IMG/VR virus record: IMGVR_UViG_3300031693_000204
Length of the DNA: 20,000 nucleotides
Strand: one strand, 5' to 3'
Source: an uncultured virus (IMG/VR IMGVR_UViG_3300031693_000204)
Taxonomy: Duplodnaviria > Heunggongvirae > Uroviricota > Caudoviricetes
A model generated the notes under the pieces. It was not told where the DNA came from and did not search any database. It was given only the letters and a program-made list of their open reading frames with translations. Of this stretch, positions 17,796 to 20,000 are shown in pieces; the first letter of the stretch is position 1; each line of letters opens with the position of its first letter. A program made the position numbers and the translations under genes.

Positions 17796-18224
17796 ATGAG
17801 CGACATCGACCAAACCAGATTCAATGCCTTATGTGATGTGGTAATCTATCACTTCTGCGACCTGATGCACAAAGCCGGGGATGAAAACAGCAAATCGGCC
17901 AAACTGCTCGTCGAACAAAATGTGATGGAAGATACAGAAAATGGCGAAGCAGCGTACACCGAGTACGAAGAATTGCTTGTCGAACATGCTCTGGCTGAAT
18001 TGCCTGATGGATTCAGTAAGACTTACGACTACTGGGGCGCACCTTGTATCAGCAACAAACAAGGATGGAATGCTCCAAAACATGACAATCCCGAAGGCGA
18101 TAGAGTGTTCTTCGCTGGTGACTCAACCAGAATCATGTTCTTTCAGAATCACGAAGCTCTGGTAGAATACACTACCGAGAAAGTTGCCGATGCTGAGTGT
18201 CCACCAGCATCGTTGCTGGACTAA
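17796..18224 (+). CDS. Hypothetical protein (142 aa)
   Basis: TTGGAGAG SD; bounded by repeats. Confidence 0.75.
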   Translation: MSDIDQTRFNALCDVVIYHFCDLMHKAGDENSKSAKLLVEQNVMEDTENGEAAYTEYEELLVEHALAELPDGFSKTYDYWGAPCISNKQGWNAPKHDNPEGDRVFFAGDSTRIMFFQNHEALVEYTTEKVADAECPPASLLD

Positions 18225-18274
18225 TCGGACACCGGGAAGAGAGTTGTAACACCGACAATCACTTGGAGAGAACA

Positions 18275-18499
18275 ATGAAACTTATTGTGCGTGATGGAGA
18301 TGAATTTGTATTAGAAACACCTGCTGGCGATGTGCGGATCAGTTACGATAAACCCGATCAAGAATCAGCCCCGCAGTTGGAGTTGGTTTTTGCCAAAGAA
18401 ATCACATGCAACGCATGGCCGGATAGCAAGGGCATCCTTGTAATTCGCAGAAACGAGCCTGTTGTTTCCGAAGCGACACAAATCGTAGTATGTTTCTAA
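18275..18499 (+). CDS. Hypothetical protein (74 aa)
   Basis: TTGGAGAG SD then ATG 18275; bounded by repeats. Confidence 0.7.
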   Translation: MKLIVRDGDEFVLETPAGDVRISYDKPDQESAPQLELVFAKEITCNAWPDSKGILVIRRNEPVVSEATQIVVCF

Positions 18500-18551
18500 T
18501 CGGACACCGGGAAGAGAGTTGTAACAACAACTAACATTTTTAAGGAACTCT

Positions 18552-18848
18552 GTGATGTTTGGAAGAACTCAAGTTGGAGTCGATAAGGAACTCGTTCTCT
18601 CAATGAGAATGAAACGTATTGTGAAAGGTGGAAAATTTCACAACCTATCACGATTTTGGGAAACAACCACAATTTGTGGAAGTGACCGAAAAGGTGAAGA
18701 GTGGGCCGATGATCGACAATTCGATGATGTGGACGGGAAAGACATTTGCAAAAAGTGTTATGAACTCGCTGGAAGACCACAAAAATTGATCTTCAGGGAT
18801 GAAGACGTTTGGCGTGATGAAATCAAAAAGTTGGATTTTGTGGCCTAA
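18552..18848 (+). CDS. Hypothetical protein with putative Zn-binding motif (98 aa)
   Basis: H...TICG...ICKKC; TAAGGA SD. Confidence 0.7.
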   Translation: MMFGRTQVGVDKELVLSMRMKRIVKGGKFHNLSRFWETTTICGSDRKGEEWADDRQFDDVDGKDICKKCYELAGRPQKLIFRDEDVWRDEIKKLDFVA

Positions 18849-18896
18849 TCGGACACCGGGAAGAGAGTTGTAAGACAACCACACTTGGAGAGAACA

Positions 18897-19244
18897 ATGA
18901 CAACTGTACCAACAGAACTAGCAAGACACGTTGCCGACAATCCCGATGGATGTGATGCTGATGATCTGGAAAAGTTCATCAACTATGTCGGTCAAGGTGA
19001 CAAGCCAGCACCACAAGCCGCTGCAATCTGGCCGAACAACGAAGTTGAAGCAATTGAGGGATATTCTCACCAACTTGACCATGACACAAATCGTGTTCGT
19101 GTTGTTGTCCTGATTCGTGACTACTGCCGTCGATCAGTCAAGGCAAGAGCATTGCGAAGCGATGGACAAGTGCAACGTGCTTTGAACCTTGAACAAATCA
19201 ATGACCGAATTCACGATGTGTTACCAGTCTGGGCAAGATGGTAA
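18897..19244 (+). CDS. Hypothetical protein (115 aa)
   Basis: TTGGAGAG SD; bounded by repeats. Confidence 0.7.
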   Translation: MTTVPTELARHVADNPDGCDADDLEKFINYVGQGDKPAPQAAAIWPNNEVEAIEGYSHQLDHDTNRVRVVVLIRDYCRRSVKARALRSDGQVQRALNLEQINDRIHDVLPVWARW

Positions 19245-19294
19245 ACCGGACACCGGGAAGAGAAGTGTAACAACAACCACTTGGAGAAAACAAA

Positions 19295-19624
19295 ATGATC
19301 TACAAAGTTCAGTTGCTCGCTAACAATCCTGATGACTGGGAAAACCCTCGACCAGTTGAAGTGCCAGACAATGAAGTTGTTGAATATGGCAAATCAGTGA
19401 TTGGATTGCTCGAAAGAATCTTCTATTGGGGACAAAATGATTTCCAACCTCGACAATGCTGTTCAGTCAGCATGGGCGATGTAGCGGAAATTCCCAATGG
19501 TGACACCATTCGTTACTATATGTGCAAAGGGTGTGGCTGGGAAGAGATTTCCGCCGAAGACCTTGAAGAGTACAAAAAGATTCCACAACGTGACCGAACA
19601 TTCTCAGAGTATGTGCGAGACTAA
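19295..19624 (+). CDS. YodL-like domain protein
   Basis: LERIF..GQN...SVSMGDV...YYMC...GWEEI resembles the YodL-like LExIF..N...SLSVSDVV...YYVD..GF pattern. Confidence 0.55.
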   Translation: MIYKVQLLANNPDDWENPRPVEVPDNEVVEYGKSVIGLLERIFYWGQNDFQPRQCCSVSMGDVAEIPNGDTIRYYMCKGCGWEEISAEDLEEYKKIPQRDRTFSEYVRD

Positions 19625-19678
19625 CCGGACACCGGGAAGAGAGTTGCAAGACCAGTAAACCACTAAACGGAGAAAACG

Positions 19679-20000
19679 ATGATTGCGTTCATTCACTTTG
19701 GCACCAAGCAATTTGGTAAATTTCAGCTTGATCGCTATGCCAGCGACAACAAGCTCGCCGTCCAGCTTATGAGCCAGACTGAGGATGGTAAATTCCTCGA
19801 ACCATACGCCACACTTAGCGTATGCACTGACCATACCCTCGAAAGCGAAGATGAATTCGTTGCGAAGGAATACAGCGAAAACGAAGGCATCATGCAACAG
19901 TTCATCGACGCTGGATACTTTGAAGAGACTGGAAGAACCGTCCAGTTCGGATATGTGAGTGGTCGAATTCTCCGACTCTTGCCCAAAGCAAAGGAAATGA
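19679..20000 (+). CDS. DUF4313-like protein, 3'-truncated at window edge
   Basis: Manually translated: ...RYASDNKLAVQL...EPYATLSV...EFVAKEYSENEG...GYFEETGRTVQFGY...; GGAGA SD. Confidence 0.6.
   Translation, partial: MIAFIHFGTKQFGKFQLDRYASDNKLAVQLMSQTEDGKFLEPYATLSVCTDHTLESEDEFVAKEYSENEGIMQQFIDAGYFEETGRTVQFGYVSGRILRLLPKAKEM

Larger units (their letters stand above)
1656..19638 (+). repeat. Dispersed, co-oriented 12-bp element GGACACCGGGAA (39 perfect copies)
   Basis: Starts read by eye: 1656, 2470, 3250, 3480, 3942, 4147, 4913, 5539, 6189, 6669, 7312, 7887, 8283, 8537, 9345, 9851, 10322, 10725, 11247, 11807, 12102, 12508, 12995, 13561, 14131, 14436, 14806, 15437, 15752, 16093, 16299, 16894, 17356, 17746, 18227, 18502, 18851, 19248, 19627. 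Variants at 324 (GGACACCGGGAT), 1029 (GGACACCGGAAA) and 13699 (GGAACACCGGAA). No reverse-strand copy noticed. Confidence 0.97.

Noticed and set aside
1691..18896. TTG starts giving MER/MEK/MET N-termini (1691, 5638, 6712, 16337, 17390, 18885)
   Set aside because: TTGGAG is the Shine-Dalgarno region; the ATG 12 nt downstream is the more plausible start.
1656..19638. CRISPR array
   Set aside because: The repeat core is only 12 bp, the intervals are 205-814 bp protein-coding genes, and no cas genes are visible.
1656..19638. Classical integron attC array
   Set aside because: No RYYYAAC...GTTRRRY-bounded long imperfect palindrome and no integrase in the window. Only a short GTTGTAACAAC inverted repeat occurs in some copies.
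1656..19638. Repeat as a Rho-independent terminator
   Set aside because: The core is not palindromic and no U-tract follows it.
1606..19986. Numerous minus-strand and alternate-frame ORFs sharing LPGVL/LFPVS/SSRCP/RTPG peptides
   Set aside because: These are shadow ORFs. The shared peptides are translations of the DNA repeat, not a protein repeat family.

Overview
AT/GC-balanced, gene-dense window of about 50 short, co-oriented (+ strand) genes, mostly hypothetical. The content is typical of an accessory or early region of a large phage or phage-like/plasmid element. It includes a 5'-truncated PAPS-reductase-family gene, one antisense free-standing HNH endonuclease, a SAM-methyltransferase-like gene, and SprT-like, YodL-like, DUF4313-like and Zn-finger proteins. 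The dominant structure is an asymmetric 12-mer, GGACACCGGGAA. I counted 39 perfect copies by eye plus 3 variants, all on the + strand, with a mean spacing of about 470 bp and a maximum of about 815 bp. Most copies are fused to or immediately follow the stop codon of one gene. They usually begin a conserved leader, GGACACCGGGAA-N7-GTAA-(C/A-rich)-GGAGA-ATG, so the region is an array of 1-2 gene modules delimited by one element. Several perfect copies lie inside coding sequences. No recombinase, sigma factor or repressor that could act on the motif is recognisable in the window. Its function (promoter, stoperator-like operator, recombination/cassette site or DNA-density signal) is unresolved. 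Protein family calls come from motif recognition only, not database searches.
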